A stretch of DNA of 64,000 nt from Antedon mediterranea. Taxonomy: Eukaryota > Animalia > Echinodermata. Every line of letters begins with the position of its first letter. Position 1 is the stretch's first letter. The notes beneath the pieces were generated by a model, which saw only the letters and a list, made by a program, of their open reading frames with translations, was not told where the DNA came from and searched no databases. Made by a program: the position numbers and the translations under genes. Below, in pieces: positions 36,001-47,500 of the stretch. The stretch spans positions 20,460,001-20,524,000 of the forward strand of contig NC_092674.1 of the NCBI RefSeq assembly GCF_964355755.1, written 5' to 3'.

Positions 36001-36388
36001 CAGCTTCAATAATCACATCCTGCTGTAGTTATATGTTACAGTATATACAATATCACATTTATTATGCATTTTTATTTCTACAGCTCACAGTGCAGTTGTT
36101 ACTACAGCCATTTTTTCACCAAATCCAACACTGGTTATCACACCGATATCAGAAAGCTTGAGTGATGTCACGGAAAAGCGTGACGTATCACCAGGTTCGC
36201 CATCAGTCCCTCTCAAACGGCCGGAAAAAATTGATACAAAAGGTGAAGGGTCATCGAGGAGTGGATCTCTAAAAAAGGACAGAATGGACAAAGGAGAATT
36301 ACTGGTATCTGCTGATTTTAATGGACAAATTAAAGTTTTTATCAACTATCCTAAAGTACCAGCCAAGATAAATATTGCAACTCAATAA
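18045..36388 (+). CDS. WDR44: WD repeat-containing protein 44 (Rab11 effector, rabphilin-11), ~959 aa, 16 coding exons
   Basis: Exons 18045-18115, 19128-19332, 19782-19865, 20722-21078, 21806-22009, 25389-25622, 26180-26316, 27376-27462, 27788-27914, 29185-29310, 30092-30373, 33146-33268, 33442-33735, 34328-34443, 35093-35220, 36084-36388; all GT-AG and in phase. Diagnostic WDR44 peptides: MSSESDSEEFFDATED (FFAT), [117 protein letters not shown]. Confidence 0.96.
19944..20686 (-). mobile_element. DINE-1/HINE-like element, long form (duplicated core flanking ~555 bp)
   Basis: Same 5' end (20600-20686) and 3' end (19944-20045) as the short elements at 3835 and 62027. The TATAGTTCACTATG-(GTCG)n-CCGGTATCACTATGC core is present twice. 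Confidence 0.8.
24514..25059. mobile_element. MITE, Kolobok-like
   Basis: TIR GATGTATTGTCCCTT / AAGGGACAATACATC, followed by TTAA on the right; the left TSD is degenerate. Confidence 0.6.
26393..26672 (-). mobile_element. tRNA-derived SINE with Deu/Nin-like core and L2-type tail
   Basis: Minus strand has a B-box GGTTCGAATCC (26616-26626), a CCAGGTGTACAAATGGATACC core and a 3' GCGCTTTATAAAT + (TTA)n. Confidence 0.75.
26868..27155 (-). mobile_element. tRNA-derived SINE with Meta-like core
   Basis: Minus strand has an A-box AGTGGCCGAGTGGTCAAG and a GGGTTCAAG B-box. These are followed by GTCTTCTCGGAAAAGGA.TATAAACGGTCCAGTGT..GCACTTTAAAGAACC, which resembles the MetaSINE domain, and an (AAAT)n tail. 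Confidence 0.65.
30745..31416 (+). mobile_element. 3' fragment of the same Neptune-type PLE (GIY-YIG + pLTR) in WDR44 intron 11
   Basis: CNICGKQYVGETKNTLRMRMTQHRSAI is near-identical to 3505-3780. The 3' UTR and pLTR match 3780-4275 but lack the HINE insertion. Confidence 0.92.
31257..31299 (+). ncRNA. Minimal type I hammerhead ribozyme, intact
   Basis: GCA-CTGATGA-A-GGGC-TAGTGTT-GCCC-GAAA-GC-TC^TGC: stem I GCA/TGC, stem II GGGC/GCCC and a palindromic AGCT in place of stem III. Predicted cleavage is after 31294. Confidence 0.8.
32754..33067. mobile_element. piggyBac-type MITE
   Basis: TTAA|CACATTGACTGCCA..TGGCAGTGAACGTG|TTAA. Confidence 0.8.
34107..34277. mobile_element. Tc1/mariner-type MITE
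   Basis: CAGTCAACTTTCCCAATACCA..TGGCATTGGGAGATTTGACTG|TA imperfect TIRs. Confidence 0.55.
34530..35015 (+). repeat. Intronic minisatellite, ~97-bp unit, ~5 copies
   Basis: ATCTGTTTATTGTCACCAT recurs near 34580, 34676, 34772, 34869 and 34967. Confidence 0.85.
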
Positions 36389-38544
36389 CAATGTTTGCTT
36401 CCGATTGTTCTTAATATTTGTTTATCCAACTCAAAGTGTACTGTTTAGCTATGTCGGGCACAGCAATTCCTACCCATGACAGTTTTCTCATCACTGATCG
36501 ACATTGTCAAAATCATTGATTGTGGCCAGGGTAAAAATAACTGATCACAATTGTTTGGTCATTAGCTGGTGTCAAAATCACTGATTAATTACGAAAGGCG
36601 TTTATTAATCCATGGTTACCCTGGCCTCTCCTGCTTGTTCTACTACTATGTGTATTAATTTAGTTCTAACCTGTGATGCAAATTTGTAGGCTACCACTAT
36701 GCTGAGAGTCTGAACATACCCAGCATCCCCATTATACTTATTTTCAAAAGGCAATGAAGCCATGTGCTTCCATAAGTTAGGCCAATACAAAAATAAATTT
36801 AATAGTTTTACTTGATTTGAAATTGGTTTTTGGACTTTTTTATTAGCTATCTTTTTAACAAACTGAAAATGATGATATTTAATTCACCACCGTTCTACAC
36901 TGCACCGTTTTTATTGTATTGAATGAACCTACCACAAGTATCCAAAATTCGATAAGGGCAGAGAATGTAGATTTTTTTTTTATTTGGTTTTATCTCAAAA
37001 GATTATAAATTTAATTGGATAATTTATTATAAAAAACACAATATATTTAAAAAAAACTCTGAACTGTAAATTGTTCATTAATTTGGCAAATAGATTCAAA
37101 CTTATAATGGTAGCCTAAAAATTGCATTGCCTTTAAAACTGGTAATTTACTGGATATAGGTTATAAAACTAACAATAACAAAAGGCTCTAATTTGAACTA
37201 TGATGATAAACAATGCTGTAATTTGATCTAAACTGATCTCTATTATGCAGTATTGATAAATGTACTATTTATCAAATATCAATAATGTAATCTTGAACAA
37301 TTAACCACCCACAACAGGATGTGTGATTACTTTAGTAGAAAGATAGCTAGCAGACGACACAGAAGATATTTATTTAACACCGTGTTTACTATTTTCCATC
37401 TAACAAGTTTGTGATTTGTATAAATGTATTACTGTACTATTATTTATTCAACTATACCTATACAAATTAATGTTTCAATAGGTAATTGGTGGGTTAATTA
37501 ACATTGTGGCGATATAAAGTATAGGCCCATAATACCATGGATCTATAAATTAGGTCATCTAACTTATAGGCTCATGATTATATTGGAGAAGTTCGTTTCT
37601 TTCACTTTCCATAAGGTTTTGTGTGCTGCGTGCAACATTTTCATCAGTGTAACGTAGCAAAATGCTACCATATAAAGCTACCATTGCCAATTTATAAAAT
37701 GCAGTACAGTATCTTTCTTTTTCTGACTACCTAATAAATGATCAACTACTATACTGCTAATACAATTTTTCAAATGAAAATGGTTCATTTTTCGTATCTT
37801 CACCGCATGCAATTGCAGTAAATAATATGTCATTTATATTATGTCCACACCTTCTCATAATGTATGTCCAATGAAATAAAGTATCTTGATAAATAAAATC
37901 CTGATTTATTGTGGAAACTGGCCAACTCACGACAGCGTCGTACCACGAAGCCCATATAATACGTACGGAGAAAATCAAACGTTTTATATTCTTCCGATGA
38001 CCTAAAAACTACGCCCGACTCTATCTCGTCGGGATTAAACTCAGAAGGCACCACCGTCGAGTCAACGTTACTTCGGGTCTCGCCGTACGATAATGGCATT
38101 ATGAAGATGTTTTCGAAGGATTATCTCAAATTCTCGAAACTTGCCAAGAAGTCAAAGTCTGAAGAATTTTCCGGGATCTTATAGGAAAGAGTGAGGATTT
38201 TGAAGCAGAAAAGATAATTTTTGTGATGGAACTGGAGAAAAGAAGAAGATGCCCACAACCACCTGCCACCAAAATCAAAATAAATGTCGTAATCCGAGAT
38301 GACAATTATGGAATGAACGAGAAATACTCTCTCCTAATTCGGAAGTATTTTTCATTTGTCCAAACGAGATAGGATCATTTCAGGAAATTACCTCACGACC
38401 AACGTTTTAAGTCTATGCTTACAGTATTTTTAAACACGGATACTGTAGGCCTACAGTATCCCGTACCAACCGATACGACTTTCAAGTACAATGCAACATA
38501 CGCGGACGTAATAATAGGATACCAGGAAATGTATGGAACTAACG

Positions 38545-38640
38545 AGTAATTACATAGAAATTGGAATAATTTGCCAACCGAAGTCATCATTTCTGAAACC
38601 ATTAACACATTTAAAAACCGATTGGATTCGACATGGAGTT
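38545..38640 (+). pseudogene. CR1 LINE 3' remnant
   Basis: Reads WNNLPTEVIISETINTFKNRLDSTW. Confidence 0.65.
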
Positions 38641-38655
38641 ATACTTACCCATCTA

Positions 38656-38795
38656 TATGGCGGGCCAAACTTTCATTTAATTATTAACAAGATATCTCTA
38701 TTTAAAATTAACTAAGATATCTTAGTTTTAAATAGAGATATCTTAGTTTTAAATAGAGATATCTTAATGATTAAATGACAGTTTGGCCCGCCATA
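38656..38795. mobile_element. Short palindromic MITE with internal AGATATCT repeats
   Basis: TATGGCGGGCCAAAC..GTTTGGCCCGCCATA termini. Confidence 0.75.
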
Positions 38796-40069
38796 TTATA
38801 TTGATGGATCATATTTTCAGTTCGATCGGTCTTATCCCACAATATAGGCATTGCATTTTGTATAATTATATCAAGCCTTACTTCAAGTTAGTGACGAGTA
38901 AATATAAAGAATACGACTTTGTTACTTTTAATTCCTGTTTGCTTTTACAGTATACATTTTGTGTTCCTTCAGTTTTGTTTCGACGGTTGTCAAGTTAATG
39001 CCTATTATATACTTTTAGAATGCGTACGCGTGCATACTTTTCTGTTGTTCATAGGATCGAGAGCACGCTACGCAAGCGTAAACAATAAGTTGCTTGTTAA
39101 TGTGTGTTTTGTGAATACTCGACTCTTATTGGAATGGATGCGGGTACAATATACACACTACTCGCTCCTAGTAGTAGTACATTGATGATGTGTGTAACGT
39201 AACAAAATATGTTACGTTACCCAGGGATGCGCGCGCACACGTAAACAACAAGTTGCTAGGTAATTTGTGAAGTGTGTCAATTATAGCAATTATATATGGA
39301 GGCCTCGCGCGCGAGGAAAGGATTGGGTTAACGTCATGCGCCAAACTTGCGCGCGTAGCTAGTATTTACATATGTGAAGCATAATCTGACATGGTTGTGA
39401 GATCCTACTCAGAGTACATTAAAGTAATTTAAATTGAGTATGATAATTAACATTAATTTGTGCAAACCGTTATATGAATAATACGGTGTGTGGTGCTCTC
39501 AATTTGTGTTTTTTTCTGCCGGTCGTCAAAATCCGCTTCCTTCCTCTCCTCGCGCACTGGCGGAAGAACATTAACTTGGAAAGGAAAAAGAAGAACGAAT
39601 GATGTTTAACTTGATCTGTGACGACGAATTGATGATGTACTGATTATAATACATTCAGATCTAATCCTCCAGAAGATGAACAATTACGGCAAAAAAACAA
39701 TTGGTTTAGCATAGAAATTATATATTTTTATTAAAATGAGCCTAATTAAGGGGTACTTTACGATACATAGGTTAACATCATTAATTGAAACCACCGATAA
39801 ATAATATTACATTAACTGGTTGGATTTTAATTGAACCCTCTTCCATCAATTAACAATTATATTAGGGTAATTCATACAAAAAAACAAATTAACCCCTAAT
39901 TACAGATAAACAATGCCTATAGTAATATAATTCTACTACATCATTAGATACAGTTTGGCTTAATCAGTCCATGAGTATTTGAATCCCGATTTTTAATGAC
40001 GCCAACTATTTTTAAATATTATTCCAAGTTCAGGCTATTATATCATTAGTAATTAATACACATTGCTTA

Positions 40070-40219
40070 CTATGGATGCAACGCAAATACGTAAAACGCA
40101 GCGCAAGTAATTTGACCAATCACAAGTGATGGATTATTCGAACTTTCGCTTGTCATTGGTCAACTCGCTTGAGTTGCGCTTAAGTCATTACGTTGTGTAT
40201 TAGTGTGAACCAAGCTTTA
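40070..40219. mobile_element. Harbinger-like MITE family member (relatives at 59310-59468, 59470-59566, 62880-62968)
   Basis: Shared TTGACCAATCACAAG..CTTGTCATTGGTCAA internal palindrome and TAGTG.GAACCAAGC end. Confidence 0.65.
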
Positions 40220-41642
40220 GGTCGAACGCATGGAAAATAATGCAACATCACTGTTTTGAATAATGAGCAAATCTTGAAAAAAAAATGGCCGGCATTAAAT
40301 AGTTTAAATTTCGTTATTCGAACCAAATTTAAGGCTGTTGTACGATGTTTACATTTTGTAATTACTTGGATGCTATATTACAAGGTGAAATCAATTAAGT
40401 ATACATCACTAAGAAATTAAATACCAATCAATTTTGTGGCAACTCAATACTTTGAGATGTATGTTTTCATTTGCAATATATCGATTCCTACACAATGTAT
40501 ATCTTGTAACAGTACTATTTGAAGAATAAGATACATACACATAAATACACTGTACACTGTATAAGTAAATACAGTACACGAAAGTACGTATAGGTTTACT
40601 TCAATGTATGCATTTACTTAAAAAATATATTTCTAATATCATATCGTGATTAATTACTGTATGTAGTAGTTTTTTATGATGTTCTCCCTCGTAAATTTAT
40701 ATCATTTTACATGATATTATATTATCGATATATTTATATGAAACAAAGTGTTTTATTTGAGTTTTCTTGGCACAATAAATCTTCAAAATTAACAATGTTT
40801 ACAATTAACACTTAATGGTTGGCATGGTTGACTATGGTACGTAGAACTAGAAAATATATTTAAGAACTTTCGTTCTTAAAATTAAACAACTGCAGTATAA
40901 TTTAAACCATTGTTTTGGATGCACCTTCATGATTTAAAATCTTCAAAAAGTTTCCAAATTAATGTTGTAAAAATATCAAACACTGTACAAACTTTACTAC
41001 AATGGTTTTAGTTTTTGTGAAAAAATAATAAACTGTATACAAAAGAATACGCTGTTAGTATCACATGACCTTTATCAATGACACCCATCTTATATTAATC
41101 TCTTGATAATTATGATTCTAGCTTAAAATAAAACACCATCATGGTTTGAAGTAAAAAATATTATACACATCATCTAACAGTTATTAATATTATACAGTGC
41201 GGTTACTTGTTGAGAAATTGTCATAAAGTGTTCTTGATTATGCAATGAAAATATAATTTAATTGAATATTATTAATGTACAGGAAAGGGACACGCTACTG
41301 AATATGAATCAACCTTTAAATAATAAACTCACTGCTTACATCATTTAAGTTATAGTACATTTTAACCCTTTAAAAGGAAACAAACATGTCCAAAGGCACT
41401 GCAATGAATGTTTTCCCTTTCTTCAACATACATTCCCCACACTACTTTTGATTATAGAAGTATTAAGGTATGTATATGATCAATACCAAAATCAATAATA
41501 CACTCTTTGAGTACCGTATGCACTATTACTTTCATAATTTAAGTTGATAAACACATTTCAGTTTTTTTTAATACTGTACAACTGTATAAATTTATATTTT
41601 CTATAATTCCTTTTTTTTAATGAACTTAGAAGTATTGAGTAG

Positions 41643-42555
41643 TTATGATAAATCTTCATCATCAAATAAGTCATCAAAATCTTCAAAAAAAAAGAAGAAA
41701 AAAGTGAATATTTTAATACATTTTTAGATATATTTCAAATCAAACGTGTGCCTATACTTTTTCTGGTAGAGTTATCACATTTCCAAAGTGTCCTTTTATA
41801 TAGGAGTTTCCCCTGAATAGAGAGGGGATGGCTATTACAGTGTTAAAATGATGTATTTGTTCTTGTTTGTTTAAAACAAGGGGTTTTACTGTGTTTACAC
41901 TTTCAGAAATAAAACCCCTCTTTTGAGATAACTATTATTTTCAAAATCCATAAAGTCTCAATAAACTTAAAGGTATACTAACCGTTGTAGAAGTCAGAGT
42001 GTACTGCCTTTTCATTAGCTGCAAGATCCATCAACAGTCCAGTTGCACCACCAGCCTAGAATAAAACAATTTCCAATAACCTTTTGTTTTTAAATTGGTT
42101 TAATCCATAATTTGAATCATTACTTTATTTGAAAGATCTCCAATTATAGGCATGAATGAATTGAATGTTATTATGGTTATGCAGAATTCAATTTGAATTG
42201 GGTATATAGGCCTATAATGGATTTCTAAACTTATTCACTGACATTGTAGGCCTATTTTCAGAATTTAATCAACTAAAAATCATATTTATATAAACCTGAG
42301 AATGAGGGGTTCATATGATAAGGGAGACTGTAATACAAACGCTAAAAATATAGAAAGTAGGTCGAAACGTCTCGAGTCAATACGCTACGTCCGAGCTAGC
42401 GAAGCCAGACTGTCTGGATATAGTATCGGTGCTAGCTAGGCTAGCCATCTGTAAAAAGTAAAATATTCAAATTTTATTCTTACTTCTTCGAGATCCACAT
42501 AAGGGCCTGAACCTTCAGGAAACATTTCATCAACGACATCTGAATTTGGCTTCAT
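41643..42555 (-). CDS. COPS9: COP9 signalosome subunit 9 (CSNAP/MYEOV2), 60 aa, 3 exons
   Basis: Exons 42555-42484, 42055-41983 and 41680-41643 splice to [60 protein letters not shown], near-identical to known COPS9. Confidence 0.96.
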
Positions 42556-42892
42556 TTTATACGATAAATAAGATAACGAATACTGCAGATCTGTCTGAAG
42601 AATTTGTTTATTTTCAGTTGTTCATGATCGATCCACCACACAAACCACCACCACCAGAGAGAGTATGGGATGTCAAAATGGACAAAATACAATACGCGGC
42701 TTTTCTTCAATTCAAACCAAGTAGCTATTTTATTATTTGTATACAACCAGATGTATAGCCATTTACTTTTGGAACATAAATTAAAAATGATGATCTTAAA
42801 TGTATCTTTAAATTATTCAATTTTATCCACTGATGGACTTTTATTCTTAGGCCTAGGATTGTATCAGAAGGGAGCTGGATGGTGATATCATA

Positions 42893-43712
42893 GGCCCTGT
42901 TTCTGTTGCCAACTAAATACCGTATATTATACGGTATTTTTTGAATACCGTATATATACGGTATATTTTTGGCAGCAGAAACTGCGCTCATAAAAAATAT
43001 ACCGTATTTTGTATACCGTATTTTCCCCACAAAATTTGTGGATAAAATACGGTATTTACAAATTTATACCGTATTTTTTGTACCCGTTTCTGCTGCCAAT
43101 AAAAAATACCGTATTTTTTTTTTACATGACAAAAGGTCACCATTCGTGTTTTTATTTTCTGTCGCTGTTAGCTGCTTTACACACATGTATAGATATATTC
43201 GGCGAAAATGTGGAGCGAAGACGTCACAGTTTTACTAAATAAATGTGTGTGGGGAAGCTAAAATGTCTGACCAACTAAAAGGTAATAAAAGGGACAACCA
43301 CATTTATAAAGACATTTCTAAAAAAATAAAGCAGGAGTATGGAATAAACTTGTCTCCAAAAGTAAACTCAAAGCTGAAGAGCCTGCGAAAGCAGTACAAC
43401 ATTGCAAAATACAATAACTCGGGGAGGGAACGAATTAATTGTCCCCATTACGATGTTTTCTGTGCTCTCACAACATCTCTATCACTAGGGCTAGGCTGTT
43501 GAAAGTGAGACGTAAAACTTCCTTTATTGCGACTTTTAATTATCGATCAAATAAATGAATGGCAATTTGGGTAAAAAAGATGAAATTTAACACGACCACC
43601 CAAGAAGTATTGTTAGCAGAAACGGGGTACTAAAAAATACGGTATAAAAAATACCGTATTTTATACCGTATTTTTATACCGTATTTTGAGCAGTTGCAGC
43701 AGAAACAAGCCC
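42893..43712 (+). mobile_element. Internally deleted PIF/Harbinger element with a Myb/SANT-like ORF remnant
   Basis: TIRs GGCCCTGTTTCTGTTGCCAACT / AGTTGCAGCAGAAACAAGCCC, 3-bp TSD ATA and AAATACCGTAT subterminal repeats. ORF 43245-43502 (..NHIYKDISKKIKQEYGINLS..KLKSLRKQY..SGRERINCPHYD) resembles the trihelix Myb/SANT protein of Harbingers. Confidence 0.82.
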
Positions 43713-44379
43713 ATAGAGTTGGCTTTCGTCCGGGCTTTCGTCTTAAATATTTGCTTTTAACACTATCAAACTTGACTATATTGTATTAAATAATGATGTT
43801 TCCTAAACAAAGGAAAACAAATATCTTAGTCCCGGGGGAACTCGTCTACTTGCACTACAGTACAGTACTCGACACGTCGTGAGATAATGAGTATGTACGT
43901 ACAGAATGTTCAGATAGTTATTGTTGTTGAAGAAAATGACAATACACAAAACTGGAATTGTCCGATCCATTTTTTGATCCGTCTCCGTCGCATCAGTGTT
44001 GAAAAGCTGGTTTCTTCTCGTCCAAATCTTTGACCAAATAATTAAATAATAAAATGAAGACACTGAGACTGCAGCACACTTCGTCCAGATGGAGCTGATC
44101 CGGAACCGTATTAATAGTCTTTTCATGGTCTAGTCCGTTAAAAAAAATTTTAAAAAATGTTGAATGGATTATCTGTAAACTTGATTTATTAAAAATTGTC
44201 TGTCACATGTATTTATTTGGTCTTTTTAGAGTGAAAGATACTATTTTTGTTTGTGAATAACTTGATTAAAAACTGTGGTTGTTACTCAAAGTTGAATAAA
44301 AGGTAATTAAATTATTTATTTATTTATTTTTACGATAAATCAATTGTTACGGCATTACGCAATCCGACCACAAAAAGGA

Positions 44380-44470
44380 TTGATGACGTAATGGTTGTAC
44401 ACACACATGCGCATTGGCACTACAACAGGAAATATCATTCACGTGATATTCCTTTAGAAATGGTCACATG
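44380..44470 (+). promoter_or_regulatory. LAMP1 promoter with CLEAR/E-box (MiT-TFE) motifs
   Basis: TCACGTGA at 44439-44446, GGTCACATG at 44462-44470, TGACGTAA at ~44384 and ATGCGCAT at ~44407, all 110-200 bp upstream of the ATG. Confidence 0.6.
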
Positions 44471-44580
44471 TCTTTTCGCAATGACCTCGTAATTTCTTTT
44501 TTGCACTCATTGCGTGTGAAGTCATTTTCTGTGTGTCTGTCTTGAATTTTGCTTGTAAATTAACCCTAAAACAATTCAGT

Positions 44581-47500
44581 ATGCGTACTCATATTGTAAT
44601 ATTTACCCTGACTAGTTTACTAGCATATGGTAAGGCATTTGTTTTAATTAATATCTAGTATAGGCTAGCTAGGCAAGGGCAACCTTTTTGAGTTAGAGGA
44701 GAGTCTACACAACAACAGTACAGTTACTACTGTACAACAAAAAATGAACTTCCTCCCAAACTCAGGCAGGTAGGTAGGGGCCCACTTACTAACTAGCCTA
44801 GGTACTTAGTTAGCCAGGCCTACGCGGCACTGGTTTATTGGATCGGATGTTAAGTATACTAGATAGGCGTAGGCTAATGATAGCGATTTACTTTTTCATA
44901 TTATAATATATTGTCAATACTAAGTAAGACTAAGTAAAAGAGTCTGAATATTCCGCCACTGCACTAGGCTAGGCCCTAGTCTAGTAGGCGTTAAATCTAG
45001 GGCCTAGCTAGGCCTCTAAAATGTAAATTTTATGCCTCGCACATGGCTATTTCTCACACAGCCATAAACATTTTCAGAAAAAACATTATTTTGAAATTAA
45101 CTTGCCTATTTTGAAGAAAAAATAACCTAGGCCTAGGTAGGCCCTTAGCTAGTTAATGAAGACTGCACATCGCAGTGGCTGCATCTACAAACGCCTAGTG
45201 TCGTAGATCCAACCTAAATTCTACGCCTATTGACCCGATCGGGCCAGGCCCAAGAAGGCCCTCTTTCTTGGGCCTCTGGCCCTCATGTAACCTGAAAAAA
45301 AAAACATCCCTCTAGGAAAATGATAGAAAAGATGATAGTCATCAAAGAAGATGGTGAGTAAAACAAAAATGTAAAAAAAAAAAAATACCAAAAACGAGTT
45401 TCGAACCCTAACCTAACCATGGAGGTATAAAAATAGAGAGAGCTCCGAAGACAAGCCTTTGTATTGTACCGTATATCGTAACTTTTTTTGTTTATTTGGG
45501 GAAATTTGTAATGTAAAAAACTGTCAAAATACTAATAAAATCAACACTATGATATTAATTATACACAATTTTTTGTGCTGGTAATGGAAGCCATCTTGCA
45601 GAGATGGCAATCATCGTGACCAGCCAAGTGTAATAAAATACAACATCGTTTTCAGGGAATTTCCAGACACGATGTTTTAAAATCGTAGCTCCTAAAAATT
45701 TTACAAAATGATCGAGTTTGTTCCAAAGAGAAGATGCAGCAAAAGAAAAGCAGCGTCCACCGTATGTCTTGGTGCAGAAACAGGGAACAGATAGGTCTTT
45801 TATATTAGGTCCCATAAAAAATTTTTATTATTTTAACACCCTATCCCCAGCTAAAAAAGATGAGGGATGGAGGTTTTTTGTCCTACTCTCTCCACCAGGG
45901 TTTTGCTGGTTAGTCTGGGCAATTTCTAAAAATAGAAATTTCATAAAGCATGCTGTTGGCCCCCCCCCCCTCCCCCCGTCTAGACTAGCCTTGCAAACCT
46001 AGGCCTAGCCCAATGCTAACATACAATAGGCCTCCCTAGCTACAGTATATTATGAAAAATAACTATATAAATTCAAAATTAATTTATAAAATATAAAAAA
46101 GCCATAACACCAGTTCTTGTATTGTTATGCCTATAATAACCTTTGATCTTGTTTATTATCGGTGTGTCAATATTACATGACCGTATGTTGGAATTGGGTA
46201 CTCAGTATTATGATGTAACTACCTTGATAAGTAGATTACCTGTCCATGTTTTCTAATAATATGACATTATGAATGAATGTGATTGTTGTATTTTTCTTAT
46301 AAAATGTCAACGGATTTTGTTGTTAGACCTTTTCTGTATAGTTTTGATTAATGGCATGTTACTGCAACAAGTTCCACAAAAATAACATGTGGTTTATGCT
46401 GGCTACTATTATATCAACTCTTCTGGATACAATGTTTGCTGTGAAAACGAGCTGTGAATTGTCAATTGTTATGGCTTTTTGTGATTGTTTCAAGAAAAAA
46501 AGTGTTATCCATAGCAGTAAAACCAAAAAATGTTTTTGTATTAAATAATTATAATAAATTTAAAATGTTCTGTATTCAGAACTTGTCATGTAATTAATAC
46601 TTTTTTTTAAAGAAAAACCTATTTTTTAACTAGGGTCTCAAATCTCACCATTGCACTTGCAGTCATTTCATTTTGCACTTACATATACTGGATATATTAC
46701 TTCAAAATGTTTTAAAAACTGTCAATTTTAGTTGAGTTGAAATTTTACTAAGCATTTAAATCTATTGCATGCTAGTGATAAATGATGCCTTTTTTATGCA
46801 TATTTTGTAAATCTAACCTGAACAATTAGCGATTATGAAAGCATTCAGATGTAACCGGTTTTTGCTGTCAAGAGTGTGTTGAATTGCATCATTGATAATA
46901 ATTGATGATAGATTAATATTTATATATTAAAGCCGGGCCCTCTTTTATATTTTGATGAATGTTGTCCGACTCTTTATACTGAGATTGTACTTCTGGTAAG
47001 GAAATTTTCACCACTGTCCCCACATTGGCTTGGTGAGTTTCACAGTCACTGTATGTTACACTAGTGGAAAGATTAATAGACCTCGTATAACTTATTCCAG
47101 GGGCGAATTCAAGAATGGATGGACCTTGAGCCCTCTAAATTAATTAATGAATTAATTTTCAAAATTAAAAACAATATGTGGTTCCCACACAACGCATACA
47201 TCTAATGTGTTTAACGAGAGAAAAAAATATGATTGTTTTGCTGATTGCTACAGTACACGCTACATAAGAGTCATTTCCGGCCAGTGCCATTTATCAAAGT
47301 TGTGTGTGCTAGAAGAGTACCATTTCTGACCATCTAGTGGTGCCCTACAGTATTTCAAAATCCTGGATCTTGTATTCATTACCTCGCAACTCATCTTACA
47401 GTATTTGCATGGTGCAAATACAGAATACAGATCACTCTGGCCGCAATTATGTAGCCTCTAATCGGGCCTCTAATAAGTCAAGGTACCTTTTAAAATCCTT

